The position numbers and the translations under genes were made by a program. DNA of 64,000 nucleotides from Octopus sinensis (Eukaryota): positions 16,194,464-16,258,463 of the forward strand of contig NC_043011.1 of the NCBI RefSeq assembly GCF_006345805.1, read 5' to 3'. A model generated the notes under the pieces. That model was not told where the DNA came from, did not search any database, and was given only the letters and a program-made list of their open reading frames with translations. Shown here in pieces: positions 51,076 through 64,000 of this stretch (positions are counted from its first letter, which is position 1; each line of letters starts with the position of its first letter).

Positions 51076-54023
51076 TCTCTACTACTACTACTGCTGCTGC
51101 TGTTGTTGTTGTTGTTGTTAAGCAACAAGACGGGTAAGGGTGATTAAGTGAGGTTGTAGGGTTTAGGGGCGGGAGACCCCAGACCTTGGAAAAAATACTT
51201 TGGTCGTCTTGTAGTCGAGGGCTCTTCGTTGACGCCCGACACCACTGGGAGGTGGCTCTCGAAGTCGCTGGAAATGGAGATCTCCAGGTCACAATTCTTG
51301 AACGTCTGCAGCTGCTGCTGTTGTTGCTTCTACTGCTGCTGCTGGTGTGGCTATTGCTACTGCTGCTGCTACTGTAGTAGTCGTAGTAGTAGCACTAGTA
51401 ATAAAGTTTGAGGAGCTGGACGGAAAAGAAGGAGTGATTTATCCATGCAAACACATATATACTTATAATTGTCTTTATTTATATGTGTATATGTGAGTGT
51501 GTGTGTGTATGAGTGCGCGCGTGTGTGTGTGTGAGTGCGCGTATGTGTGTGTGTGTGTGTGTGTGTGCGTGTAGGAATATATATCAATCCAATGTACAGG
51601 AGATATATTTCATTGTTCATATTTTTTTTAACGGAAGCTACGTGTAACAATCACTTCTCAAAAAAGAATAATCCTGCTTTAAAAAAAAACTGCAATTGTC
51701 ATCAAATGAAATTGTCGTGGTGTAAGATCTGTATGATAAACGATAAATTGCAGAATAACATTGAAATATATTGTAAAATATATTTATAACAGAGACATCC
51801 TTGTTCTATAGTTTTCGATACATTTCTTCTAAGGTGTTGCATCAGCTGATAAATGCTACTTAAATTTTTATAACATGTCGATTGGTTGCATTTAACTACT
51901 AAAATTTGGCAGCGCTGTTGGAAGATGCCATCAAAAGTCTTGTATTATTCGCTAGATAAAGAAATTAGAGAAACGTATAAATAATTCACACAAGAGAACA
52001 TTGTACCAATTTGGGTATATGTACGTCGAAATCAAGTGCAAAATCGAATCTCGATATATGATTCCATCTGTATTTGATTAAAAAGAGCAGTTAATGTAAA
52101 ATGTTGGCACAGCGTTTGATATCGTAATATTGTGAGTGTTACTAAATCTTTTTATTCGATTTGGCAAGATTTTCGCCACGGAATTAAGAAGTTATAGGAG
52201 ATTGATAAGTTAGTCAGATAAATCAAAGAAAGATAAGTGTCTTGAGAATGAATTACTTGACGCATCCTCGCAGCCATAATGCCATAAGTTCTTGAGATTC
52301 TCTTTCATCTGATGAAAGACATTCATAAATTGCTAAAGTTTTCACATAAAAAATTAATACGTTAGTAACTTGCGTTTCATTCCATTGGTTGTAGTAACTA
52401 AAAATATACAAATTTTTCCAGTAATATATTTAATTACAGCCTCGTAATAAAATATAATGTAAAGCTTAATTATATACCTCAACAAATACAGATTAGAAGT
52501 TTATAAAAAAAATATGACTTTAAACATGCTGTGATTTAATCTAATGATATTGATATAAATGTACGCGAATATTTACAACTCTTAGAGACGACACGTGTAT
52601 AAAGTATTGAAAACGAGTTCGTATCAAGTGTCATGATTATAACTATACCATCATATACAACTGAGGAAACAGAAATATGATGCTTCAAATATGAAATAAT
52701 TTGTGTGGTGAATCAGGGTATTTCTCGCGGGTGTTGTAGCTGGTTCCAAACGCGCACAAAATTCTTAAACTGATTGTACAACTATATATTATCCACCCTG
52801 CATTGCAAGTATTGATGATAATATTATGTAATCTTAGATGCCTTCATCCATCATTATTTTCTTATGAAGATTATGGTTGTAAAATGGAGATAGATGAATT
52901 GGTATGTTTCTGATCTGTGGGCGTATCTATATATTTGCATATCTTTAATATATCTGATGAGTTTTTTTGGATTTGAAATGTCAATATTAGTTTACAAATT
53001 GGTATGATACATACTGTTGTCATCTGGAGCAAACTGCAAAAGAGTATATTTGAAAATATTGCGAATATTATCATTTGTAAAAGCTTATAGAAGTTCAATT
53101 TCAAACACCTGTTTAACGATAACATCAGTTCTGTTATTACAGTTAACGCACAATATTGTATTCTTGAAATTAGAACATTGTTGAATATTATCGCATCTTA
53201 TGTCTGAGAAGAAATTAACAGAGAAGAGAAAGATCAATAGTAATAAGTTTTGACTATGAGATGAGTGAAAACACGTGTGTCTGAGGCGAAGACATTGTTG
53301 ACAGGTTAGTGATAGCTGCTGTTGAAAAAGAAAACATGAAAAGAGATTGATTATAGTCAGTTATTGAAGCGTTTAGAGATTAGATAAGAACGTAATGATG
53401 GTTATATACAAGACGTTAGTTGCACATAATGTTTAAATTATATATGCATTGTTTTAATGTCTCTATGCAGACAGAATGATATTAAACATTGTATTATTTT
53501 AGGCACTGACGTTTCAAATTTGTTTAATATTTAGTCGCCGTTTGTTATGAAATGGTGGAAAAAGTTATATTGTTTTAAAAGAAACAGTGATTTAAAAAGG
53601 CGTTTCTTATAAAATCGCTCTGAATTTTTTTTCCCCTTAGCTGATAATATATATAAAAAAAACATAGTTCTCTTTCTCTTTTCGATATTTGAATTTTTAA
53701 GGACCTCTACCATAAACCTGTTAAATATCACGTTTATAACATGCCACTGCAATATCTATTTTGTATGAATAATCAGTTTCTTTTTTGTGTGTTATACAGA
53801 AATGTGTTTCTAAGGAAACCATCTTCGGATAATTTTGTCGAATGCTTGATTATAAAAATAATAGGCTTTGAAGGTTATTTTAAGAATTAGACATCATGAA
53901 ATTAGAGACACTTCTATCGAGTCAGGAAAGAAGGACAGCATTAAAACGTCAAATGTTATTCTGGTATGCACTTGCAGTATTTCAACCCATATGGAAGTAG
54001 TATAATTCTATATGTCTGTCTAT

Positions 54024-54127
<104 letters not shown>

Positions 54128-54172
54128 ATATATATATATATCTATCTATCTATCTATCTATCTGTCTATCTA

Positions 54173-54209
<37 letters not shown>

Positions 54210-54226
54210 ATATCTATCTATCTATC

Positions 54227-54297
<71 letters not shown>

Positions 54298-54488
54298 ATA
54301 TATATGTATATATGCGAAGGAGATAGATAGATAGATAGATAGAATGCAGTAACAGAAATAGTTCTTATGAAAAAGAACGTTGCAAGTCGTAATTCAACAT
54401 TCATAATTCAGCTATGACAGCACTTGCTATTAGGAAATTACGAAACACTGCTTAGAAGTTACCTATATACATACAATAATATATATAC

Positions 54489-54542
<54 letters not shown>

Positions 54543-55069
54543 ATAAGGAAAATAAGACAAGGTAGTAAAGGCTGAAATAATTCCATCATGAAGTACATTT
54601 TGTACCGGTTTCTACGTTTCAGACATTCTCCGCGAAGTGTAAAATAAGAGATATAATTAAACTGGAGAAACAATTAACGTTTTGCATATATTTCGGTAGT
54701 CTTTCAATAGGTAAATATTTCCATTATCTTCAGATAGCCTCTCCCTGTATTCTTTTGTGAATGCCTTACAAAAGAAAAGTGCGAGAGAAGGAGAGAGAGA
54801 AAGAGAGTAAGAGAGGCTATCTGAAAACAATGAAAACATATACCTATTTAAAACTATGGAAATATCTACAAAATATTTCACTTACTTTTTTCTCCAATTT
54901 AATTGTTTTTCCTTATTTTACTCTTAGTTGAAAAAGTTTAAAAGACGGAAACCCGTACTAAAACGTGTGTTATGAGAAAATTATTTTAGCATTTCCTATC
55001 TTTGTCTTATTTACCTTACACATATCCACACGTGTGTTAATTTTGTACCTTCTACACACACACACACAC

Positions 55070-55154
<85 letters not shown>

Positions 55155-55245
55155 TCAATATAAGGGTAGTAAAAAATTCAATATAAATTTTTTGCCACCA
55201 GCGGTCTATTGAGAAAGAGAAAATAGTCACAGACTATGTATATAA

Positions 55246-55434
55246 TTTCAACAACATTGAGGAACGGCCCCGATATGCCATTCGACCCACTAGAAAGAGC
55301 AGCCAAGACTCAAACCGCTAAATAGTAGTAATTCAGAAATTAAATTCTGAATTACTACTATTTAGCGGTTTGAGTCTTGGCTGCTCTTTCTAGTGGGTCG
55401 AATAGCCTATCGGGGCCGTTCCTCAATGTTGTTG

Positions 55435-55437
<3 letters not shown>
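55246..55437. repeat. Fold-back palindrome, ~93-bp arms, 6-nt spacer
   Basis: Arms are reverse complements with 2 substitutions (GATATGCCATTC versus GATAGGCTATTC). Confidence 0.92.
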
Positions 55438-55482
<45 letters not shown>

Positions 55483-57493
55483 ATGTTTCCAGAGAAAAGA
55501 GCCTACAGAACACTCCTCTAAAACGTAGGCATTAGACCATCTGATTTGTGTGAAATATCTCACTCCACAGCCTACTACAACCACTAGTGCATCCTCTATA
55601 TTTCTGTTCTGACAATATTATAACGAATTCAATGTGTTACGGAGCTGGGAGAATCGTTGGCACCGAGGGATACATTATCACTGTGTGTACCACATAAGCT
55701 TCCTTACCTTTCCAACAATCGATATTCATGCAGTGTTCCCTCTTAACACTCATTCGAACATGTTATTGACGTAGTTATGAAGCCGCTAATGGTGTTTTAA
55801 AAATGCATTAGGCTGCATGACCTTAAGTTGAACGTCAATTCAATACGTATATGGGAAACAGCCTAAAAAGATTTTAAAAAACTCTCACCTTCTTTGCACA
55901 CTATTATGTTGAAGGTATTAATACAATTACTTATAATTACATGAAAATCGACGCAGATGTATTGAAACTAAGCACAACGAAATATACGTAGATTCCCAGG
56001 AGCAAATATTCACTTGTATTTTGTTTTTAATAAAGAGAATTAATTCTAGTAATAGGACAATAATTCTAGCAACCAGAGTCTCGTAGAACATAGCAAATCT
56101 ATTTCGGAAATACGACTTTGTAAAAGGTATTTTTTAAATAATACTAACGAGAGTTATACGTCCTATGATTGGTAACTTTGGAAGCATTCTTTTGCCACTA
56201 TAAGTAACATAAGGAAATATAGCATAATGATAATAATTATGATTTAGCTCCTATCTAAGTTAAACCATAATTTTACAATGTAATGGAAAGAATACTATTT
56301 TCAAAGGAAAAATGTTTATTACATTGAAATAAAATCAAGTAAAACAGGTTTTCCGTTCTGTAATGCCTCTTCTACCTAATCTGTCTTACCTACACCTAAT
56401 CCCTCAGTCTCTATGATTTTTTCTCTCAGCGTAGCATTCCTTCCACCAAGTTTAGTATTTGCACACACCCTCCATTTCTTGTAATATCTCTCCTTGTATT
56501 TCTCTTTCATAATCGGTCCTCACTGTCCTTACCATATGCAGCGAGACTGAAGAAATCAACAAATCAGAATTTATATCCGCCATTACTATAAAGGGATATC
56601 AAATTTCACTTTGCTGTTGTTCTATTTGTTATCTTTTAGTCTCATGTAAAGCCAGATTAATCTTGCTTATAGTCGAATGCTTTCCAACACAGCTTTTCGA
56701 ATGACATTTATTGTATCTTTCATTATTTAAGACGCTATGATATAACCTGATGGCGATTTTGATGTTCTTCTTAGAAAGTTGAAGGCTAAGTAGCGGCAAG
56801 CTTCTCGACACATATATTATTATCTTATTGCAGTGTAATTATCTGTATGTTTCTTTTATTTGTCACATGAGCACACGAGCATTTTTAGATTATTTAAATG
56901 TGTACTTTAACGATGTTGCGCCAACTAATTTTAATAGATTGAGCCAATTGTCGAATTTCCTGTATCGGATCTTCTTTAATTATGAATTTGTTGCCTCTGT
57001 TACGCCCCTGTTAAATACTAACCGAGCAGAGTTTTCATAAAATATGTCCCTGATTCGTGTATCTCTAACTACATACTATCTTACATATAGGCGTTTAAAT
57101 TAAAAGAAACTTGCTCGCTTTTTCTAACAAGTCGATTGCCCCTATACATATACTGTAGTTAACTTGTTATCGTCTTAATATATATATGGTATTAAAATTT
57201 CGAACAAGGAATCCAAAACGAAACAGCAGTAGATTCTACATTTGTGACGTCAAACTAAGGGGTATTGCTCTTGTTATGAATCAAAACTGATTCTGGTAGT
57301 ATTTTAGACTAAAATCCCTACTTCTAGTTGATCTAGTTCAATAATTGAAGCTTTCCATATACTTTTGATCAGGTTTTATCTTGATAAGCTGCTGCATTGT
57401 TTTTTTTTACATTGCATATGATTGCAGATGTTATAACCCTTTCTAATATTGGCACAATGCCTGAAATTTGGGTAGGGTGATAGTAAATTACAT

Positions 57494-57617
57494 TGACTCC
57501 GAAAGATGAAAGGCAAAGTCGACCATGGCGTAATTTGAAACATGAACGTAGCAACGGGCTAAACACCCCTAAGCGTTTCGTCAAGCGCGCTAATTATTCA
57601 GCTAGCTCGCCGCCTTG
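57494..57617 (-). mobile_element. SINE family A, old 5' fragment
   Basis: Diverged match to the family A head. Confidence 0.65.
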
Positions 57618-57775
57618 GAGATGTTATAACGAATGTGAGATGCAGAGAAATAAAATAGTGTTGGAAAATAAACATACGTTAGGCCAGTGCAAATATGTTT
57701 GGGACATAACAGTTTTTCAGTTTACCACGGAGAAGTAATTACCTATAGGCAGAAATGTCTAACGACAACATTGTG

Positions 57776-57830
<55 letters not shown>

Positions 57831-59721
57831 TACACGCACGGAGAAAAGGCACACGCACACACATATTCATATATATATATTCCCTGGATATATCTGCTTG
57901 TAATTATGATTTTTGTTTTGTACGAACAGTTCATGTTATGCATGTTCCAGAAAGAATGAGTAAATAGTGGAGATTTACACACGCATGCGTATATACTTAC
58001 CTATACATAAAACCATAATACATAGGTACACACATGTATATATGTATTTATGTTTGTAAGTATGTATGCACATGTATGTGTATGCGAAGTGTAAAATAGG
58101 TTGATTGCATGCCCTTGGCAAATATTCTTCCTAAATTCTTGGACCAAGCCATTCGTAAAAGAGATGGGGGAGTAGAGGAGGAAGGGGAAAAAGAAAATGA
58201 GAAAGCGAAAGAAAGGAAGTAGGGAGGGAGGGAGATATAGAGACAGAGATACTTCTCTTTGCCTTTTGAAACTTAGCCGAAAGATCTGGAACATTTTGCC
58301 TGCAGCAAAATGTTCGTGCCAAGAGAGTAGGAAGAAATTCTTCCAAACCCGAACTAATTTCAGTTCATATCCATCGGTTCTATTGAACAAACAAAGAGGA
58401 TTTGCTCGTATACTGATCCTAACAGTGTCCTTGGGCTCTGTTATGTGTTTTTTTTTTCTAATTGGTATAATTTATACAACGCAAAATTATTTATCTATAT
58501 TTTTATACTCCCCAGCAATGCATTTTTCTATTTAATGAAATATTAATTTATTTGTTTACATGTCTACATCATTTCCAAGCTCTAAACAATTGTTTAAGCT
58601 AGAGCTGATAGCAAAACAGGCATGCAAACGTCTATTGAGAGAGTGATCGAGAGAAAAAGAAAAGATGTACAAAGAAAAAGCAAGAATGATAATAATAATG
58701 ATGATGAGGAGGAGGAGGAGGAGGAGGCGGAGGAGGAGGCGGAGGGGGAGGCGGGGAGGGAGAGGTGGAAGAAATGAATGGTAGTGTGGTGGTGGTTGTG
58801 GTGGTGATGACGACAACACTGACGATAATCGTCACCATGCGACCTGAGTACTATCAGAGTCTCACTATATACCCGAGGTAATTAAGTTTTAATTATCCCA
58901 TTCTTAACTGACTGTAGGTCAGTCAAATCGAGCCCCCACTGTAAAATAAACATGAGATTCGTTCGTTGATTTACAGTTCAGAGTTTAGCTTCAATGGATA
59001 TATCACAGAGATGGATAGACTGTGATTAGCTAGTAAACAATAGTACGCGTAACAAAGCGAAAAGGATATATGTGTTTTGTCTCTCCCCGTACAACTCTAT
59101 AGGTTACGGGGTACGCTACTCATTATATATTTAATACAAACAATAGTTCAAAATGTGTGGTTGATCTATATTGTGATAAGTTTTGTTTCATGCTTCAGTA
59201 CATCAAGATTCGCCATTCACACATGCACTTTGTGGACTCGCTTGATATTACGTTTGAAATTACGCACATAGATATATTCATGTTTCGGAACAAATCACTA
59301 CTCACGTTGTTAGAGAAGATTTTATGTATTAGAGAAAGCTAGGAAACTTTGTTGCATTAGACCGGACAAAATGGGTGTAGCATATAAGTGCAGAAAAGCA
59401 AAAGTTGTTGCAACGTCGGTAGTAAGAAAGAGAGGGGGAGGCAGGTAGAGAGAGGTGGAGGTAGGGAGAGAGACAGAAATGGAGGCAGGGAGAGAGATAG
59501 AGATAAAACATCCGAATTAGGCTATTGGTCCAACCTCTTTTGGAACAGCATATGGATGAACTATTTTCATGTCAGAGCAGCGTTATCCCGAACCCATACA
59601 TACTCTAATATGGATACTATTGTCTCCTGAAAATCAGTACTAGACGTCGGTGGTCATGTACGAAGTTAATCCCCATTTATGGTCGATGTGGATTTATATA
59701 TATATATTTGTGGATAGGGTA

Positions 59722-60133
59722 TCTCTCTTTTACTCTTTTACCCGTTTCAGTCATTTGACTGTGGCCATGCTGGACCACCGCCTTTAGTCGAGCAACTCCA
59801 CCCCGGGACTTATTCTTTGTAAGCCCAGTACTTATTCTATCGATCTCTTTTGCTGAACCACTAAGTTACGGAGACGTAAACACACTAGCAATCGGTTGTC
59901 AAGCGATGCTGTGGGGACAAACACAGACTCACAAACACACACACACATATATATACATATACATATATACGACGGACTTCTTTCAGTTTCCGTCTACCAA
60001 ATCCACTCACAAGTCTTTGGTCGGCCCGAGGCTATAGTAGGAGTCACTTGCTCAAGGTGCCACGCAGTGGGACTGAACCTGGAACCATGTGGTTGGTAGG
60101 CAAGCTACTTACCACACAGCCACTCCTGCGCCT
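59722..60133 (-). mobile_element. SINE family B, full length
   Basis: Reverse complement of the 46707-47125 family. Confidence 0.92.
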
Positions 60134-60364
60134 ATAATAAAAAAAAAATAGACGTTATACACTGCTCTTTCTGTTCACATTAGAAACATATTTTAAGTAT
60201 CTTTTAATTAATGCAATGAAAGCCTATTGCTTTCAAATAGTGCATGTCTATGGAACTTGATGACGAACAGTGCGTGGCTATTCCGATTCTTGTCATATGC
60301 TGCAAAGTAAATTTCATCATCTGTCGCAAAGATCATGTTATCAAAATCTGAACATCATTTTATT

Positions 60365-60559
60365 ATTCTTTTACTTGTTTCAGTCATTAGACTGCGGCCC
60401 AGCCTTCAGTCGAGCAACTCGACAACGGGACTGATTCTTTGTAAGCCAAGTACTTATTCTATCGGGCTCTTATGCCGAACCGCTAAGTGACGGGGACATA
60501 AACACACCAGTATCGGTTGCCAAGCAATGCTAGGGGGACAAACACAGACACAGAAACAT

Positions 60560-60560
<1 letters not shown>
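60365..60560 (-). mobile_element. SINE family B, 3' half
   Basis: Matches 59722-59940. Confidence 0.85.
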
Positions 60561-60637
<77 letters not shown>

Positions 60638-60643
<6 letters not shown>

Positions 60644-61363
60644 AATATAAGAGAGTGGTCACTATATGGCTCACTCTAGCACTAGTTAATCCAAAAGGTT
60701 TCAACCACAAAAATACATGTTTCCCATGAAAGTCAGTACGATTGTTAGCTCACACGGACAGGGCAAATAAAAAATAACAAAAATACAGATTATTTTGGGA
60801 CAATTGTTTCGCTATTAATGAATTAAATGTAATTTTACTTACAAAAAAATCCACTTGTAGCTCGTCAGCCAAAACTATCTGGATGAAATCCACTCAATCA
60901 CACGCCAGATTTTACCATAACGATAAATACACGTGTGGTTCAATTGATTACATCCGACGTTATAATTCAAATGTCCCAACTAACAGCGCGCCAAACTTTC
61001 ACGGAAAACAAATACTGCATTTAGAAATAAATGTAGCATAATTATAATTAATTAATAAGGGTGAGAGAATTAGATACTGTCCCAAAATAATCTGTATTTT
61101 TGTTATTTTTTATTTGCCCTGTCCGTGTGAGCTAACAATCGTACTGACTTTCATGGGAAACATGTATTTTTGAGGTTGAAACCTTTTGGATTAACTAGTG
61201 CTAGAGTGAGCCATATAGTGACCACTCTCTTATATTTATTTTGTAAAAATATTATAATATATTATAAAATATTATAATAATCCAGCTTTCTCGGAGCACT
61301 AGGCCACTTGGTGTTGAATAGATATACTATTAAATTAGTATCTAATTCTCTCACCCTTATTAA

Positions 61364-61372
<9 letters not shown>
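60638..61372. mobile_element. Retrozyme-like element: ~535-nt monomer split over two head-to-head arms
   Basis: Inverted repeats 60638-60803/61078-61242 and 61043-61077/61338-61372; HHR in left arm; (TA)n flanks. Confidence 0.7.
60793..60874 (-). ncRNA. Type I hammerhead ribozyme, intact, predicted cleavage between 60799 and 60798
   Basis: uuuugg-CUGACGA-gcua..uagc-GAAA-C(aauu)G-UC|ccaaaa; 6-bp stem I; palindromic ACAAUUGU stem III. Confidence 0.87.
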
Positions 61373-61432
<60 letters not shown>

Positions 61433-61433
<1 letters not shown>

Positions 61434-61595
61434 TACGACGGGCTTCTTTCAGTTTCAGTCTACCAAATCCACTCACAAGGCTTTGGTTGGCCCGGGGCTA
61501 TAGTAGAAGACACTTGCCCAAGGTGCCACACAGTGGGACTGAACCCGGAACCATGTCGTTGGCAAGCAAACTACTTACCACACAGCCACTCCTGG
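61433..61595 (-). mobile_element. SINE family B, 5' half
   Basis: Matches 59965-60133. Confidence 0.88.
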
Positions 61596-61933
61596 GTATA
61601 ACCAAGATTATTTCGGCCGACTCTCACTTAATTTTTTGGTATTTACCTCTCCACCCACCTACTTCCATTACGAGTCACAAGAATATAGGACGACATAAAT
61701 TTCTACCGCTATATACTGAAAAATTATTTGTGCATCAAAAACCAGCTAATGTATTCATAGCTTCGTTAATTTTCCCACTTGCTATAGTTTCACACTTGGT
61801 ACACCCCTCTCGAAGGTGTATACTTTGAGAAGATTTAGTCTGTATGGACGACCAGCTGTTCTGCAAGCATGCAAGTTTTCACATTTTATGCCAGCAGTTT
61901 TGTCAAAGGGGAAGTGTATCACGATATATCTTC

Positions 61934-62166
61934 AAGGCAGCGAGCTGGTAGAAACGTTAGCACGTCGGACGAGATGCGTGGCTGTATTTCGTCTGCCGTT
62001 ACGTTCTGAGTTCAAATTCCGCCGAGGTCGACTTTGCATTTCATCCTTTCGGGGTTGATAAATTAAGTACCAGTTATGCACTGGGGTCGATATAATCGAT
62101 TTAATCCGTTTGTTTTTCCTCCTTTGTCCCCTCTGTGTTTAGCCCTTTGTGGGTAGTAAAGAAACA
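61934..62166 (+). mobile_element. SINE family A with probable 10-bp TSD
   Basis: GATATATCTT (61923-61932) and GATACATCTT (62167-62176). Confidence 0.9.
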
Positions 62167-63211
62167 GATACATCTTGGCAATAATGTTTTCGTTAGAGCC
62201 ATCGTCACAGAGCGGACAGCCGGAAGAGATGCGTTAAAGCATGGCTTCCTGTCTGATGCATTAAAAGTTACGCTAATCAACCGGTCTGATAATTTATTTA
62301 TCGAAACTGAGGGAGTAAAAGGTAAAGCCGAACACAAGGACATTTGAAGTTAAGTCACATAGAGTGAATAAATATTGCACGGTAAAATTTCCAATGGCCT
62401 AGTGACACTTCCATTCAGCCATCTTATAAACAACTTAATACAGCAGTAAATAAATAATTTGACAATAGACATATGACACTTCAAGCAACTGAAACAAAAG
62501 GTCATTTAAAACTCTCCAGATTCATATTTTTGAATGATGTCATTCAAGTTGTTGCTAGCTTTTGTGTGTCTGTGTGTCTTTTTTTTTCTTTTTGTTATGG
62601 TTTATCAAATCTGAATTGCTACTCAAAACACTCCCATTTTTCTGTAACATGTGATTAAAACACATTTCTGTTATATTTCTGACATATTGATTATTTTGAA
62701 ATGTTTTAATTTGTTTCACTCATTAATCACTAGTATCTCAATTTTAATATTATATGCTTTTAAATAAGAGCAGACATAAGGAGAAATGAAGAAAATTTGG
62801 AAGACACGAAATCAAGAAAACGTCAAAAGATTTTTTTTTTTAAATAGAGGAATGTTCAAGGACACACCTTACATTAATAAATTCTCTAATTATACTATCA
62901 TAATAGTGTTTCATTAATTCATTATAAAATTTGCCGATATTTTATAATAGTCATTTGTAAATTCTGCCTGAGGTCAAAACCGTTGAGGAAGTGTTGTGCA
63001 ATTAATGTCAACAAGTACTGTTTTATTGATCGGTGAAAGAGGAAAATTAAATCAGTCCAAGTGGGGTTTGAATCGAGGCCGTAAGTTAAATGACTACAAA
63101 CTACTAAACAAGATGTGAAATGTAAAATTGAGCCCACAGATTTAAATCTATTCCCTGTAATTTATTAAGGATTTATTTCTCTTGATTCTAGAAGTATAAG
63201 AAGCAATATTT

Positions 63212-63432
63212 ACTGCGGTAAGATTTGAGGGAAATGTATAGAAGGAGATAAAGGGAATAGCAAAGATGACTGCGATAAGATTTGAGAGAATGGTATAGAG
63301 GAGGATAAAGCGAATAGCTAAGTTGACTGCAGTAGGATTTGAAGGAAGGATATAGAGGAAAATAAAGCAAATAGTAAAGTTGACTGCGGTAAGATTGGAA
63401 GGAAGGACGTAGAGGAAGATGAAACGAATAGC
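63212..63432. repeat. 57-bp minisatellite, ~4 diverged copies
   Basis: ACTGC at 63212, 63269, 63326 and 63383. Confidence 0.9.
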
Positions 63433-63910
63433 ATATCCGTCACGGTAAGGTTTCCCTTAAACACAGCATATAAAAATTGGCTTAAAAACTCAATATCATA
63501 GAACATAACTTACAATTGACTTTCGATATTTTAACCATACCCAATCCTTTTCCCCAAAATGTATTTAGTCAAGAGTAATTAAACATTTAATCTTGAAAAG
63601 TTTCCGTATTTATAAAGATTTTCAAGAAAAAGACAATGACAGGTTTCCAGCTGTGGGGAAATTAATCGATTAGAACAACTTGGTACTCCACAGGCAGTTA
63701 TTTCCAGAATTCACAATAAGAAGAAAAATCTTAGTTGACATGGTTTGATTTGTAATCGGAAAATAAAATTTTGTGACTAAATAAAATAAGATTTATTTAT
63801 TTTACAAACAAATACCATGCATTCTAATGCAATCTGCAAAATATACCGTTTACCATCTAACATTTAATTCAATCCTCTTCTCTTTCTTAATCTCTTCTTC
63901 TATTTTACAG

Positions 63911-64000
63911 GGATCTGCCTATTACGCCATGCATAGCTATCCACAAAGCTATCAAAAAACAATTCTCCTTAAATAGACATAAAGAGATTGATGGGTTACA
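63911..64000 (+). CDS. Candidate coding exon of an unidentified host gene, running off the window end
   Basis: Long pyrimidine tract plus TTTTACAG at 63901-63910; the +1 frame is open to the end (DLPITPCIAIHKAIKKQFSLNRHKEIDGL); product not recognised. Confidence 0.45.

Noticed and set aside
63212-63432. CRISPR-like array
   Set aside because: Eukaryotic context; whole units are homologous, with no unique spacers.

Overview
AT-rich, microsatellite-dense animal non-coding DNA; the SINE and Helitron families are ones I recall from octopod cephalopods (recall, not a search). There is no complete protein-coding gene: most supplied ORFs are translations of (TA)n, (CA)n or (AAT)n tracts, and only a probable + strand exon opens at 63911. 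The window is a transposon mosaic: tRNA-derived SINEs, four non-autonomous Helitrons, a decayed Chapaev3-like DNA transposon with CAC termini, a Tc1/mariner fragment, a MITE, an R4/Dong-like and a CR1/L2-like LINE remnant, and a Penelope-like element (PLE) present as head-to-head inverted arms. The most notable signal is 12 hammerhead-ribozyme (HHR) motifs from about 7 sequence families. Two sit in ORF-less or non-PLE monomers of about 432 nt and 535 nt that close on themselves like circular-RNA retrozymes and are integrated with the same inverted, (TA)n-flanked architecture as the PLE. Several short fold-back palindromes share that architecture and a terminal motif. All folds and alignments were done by eye.
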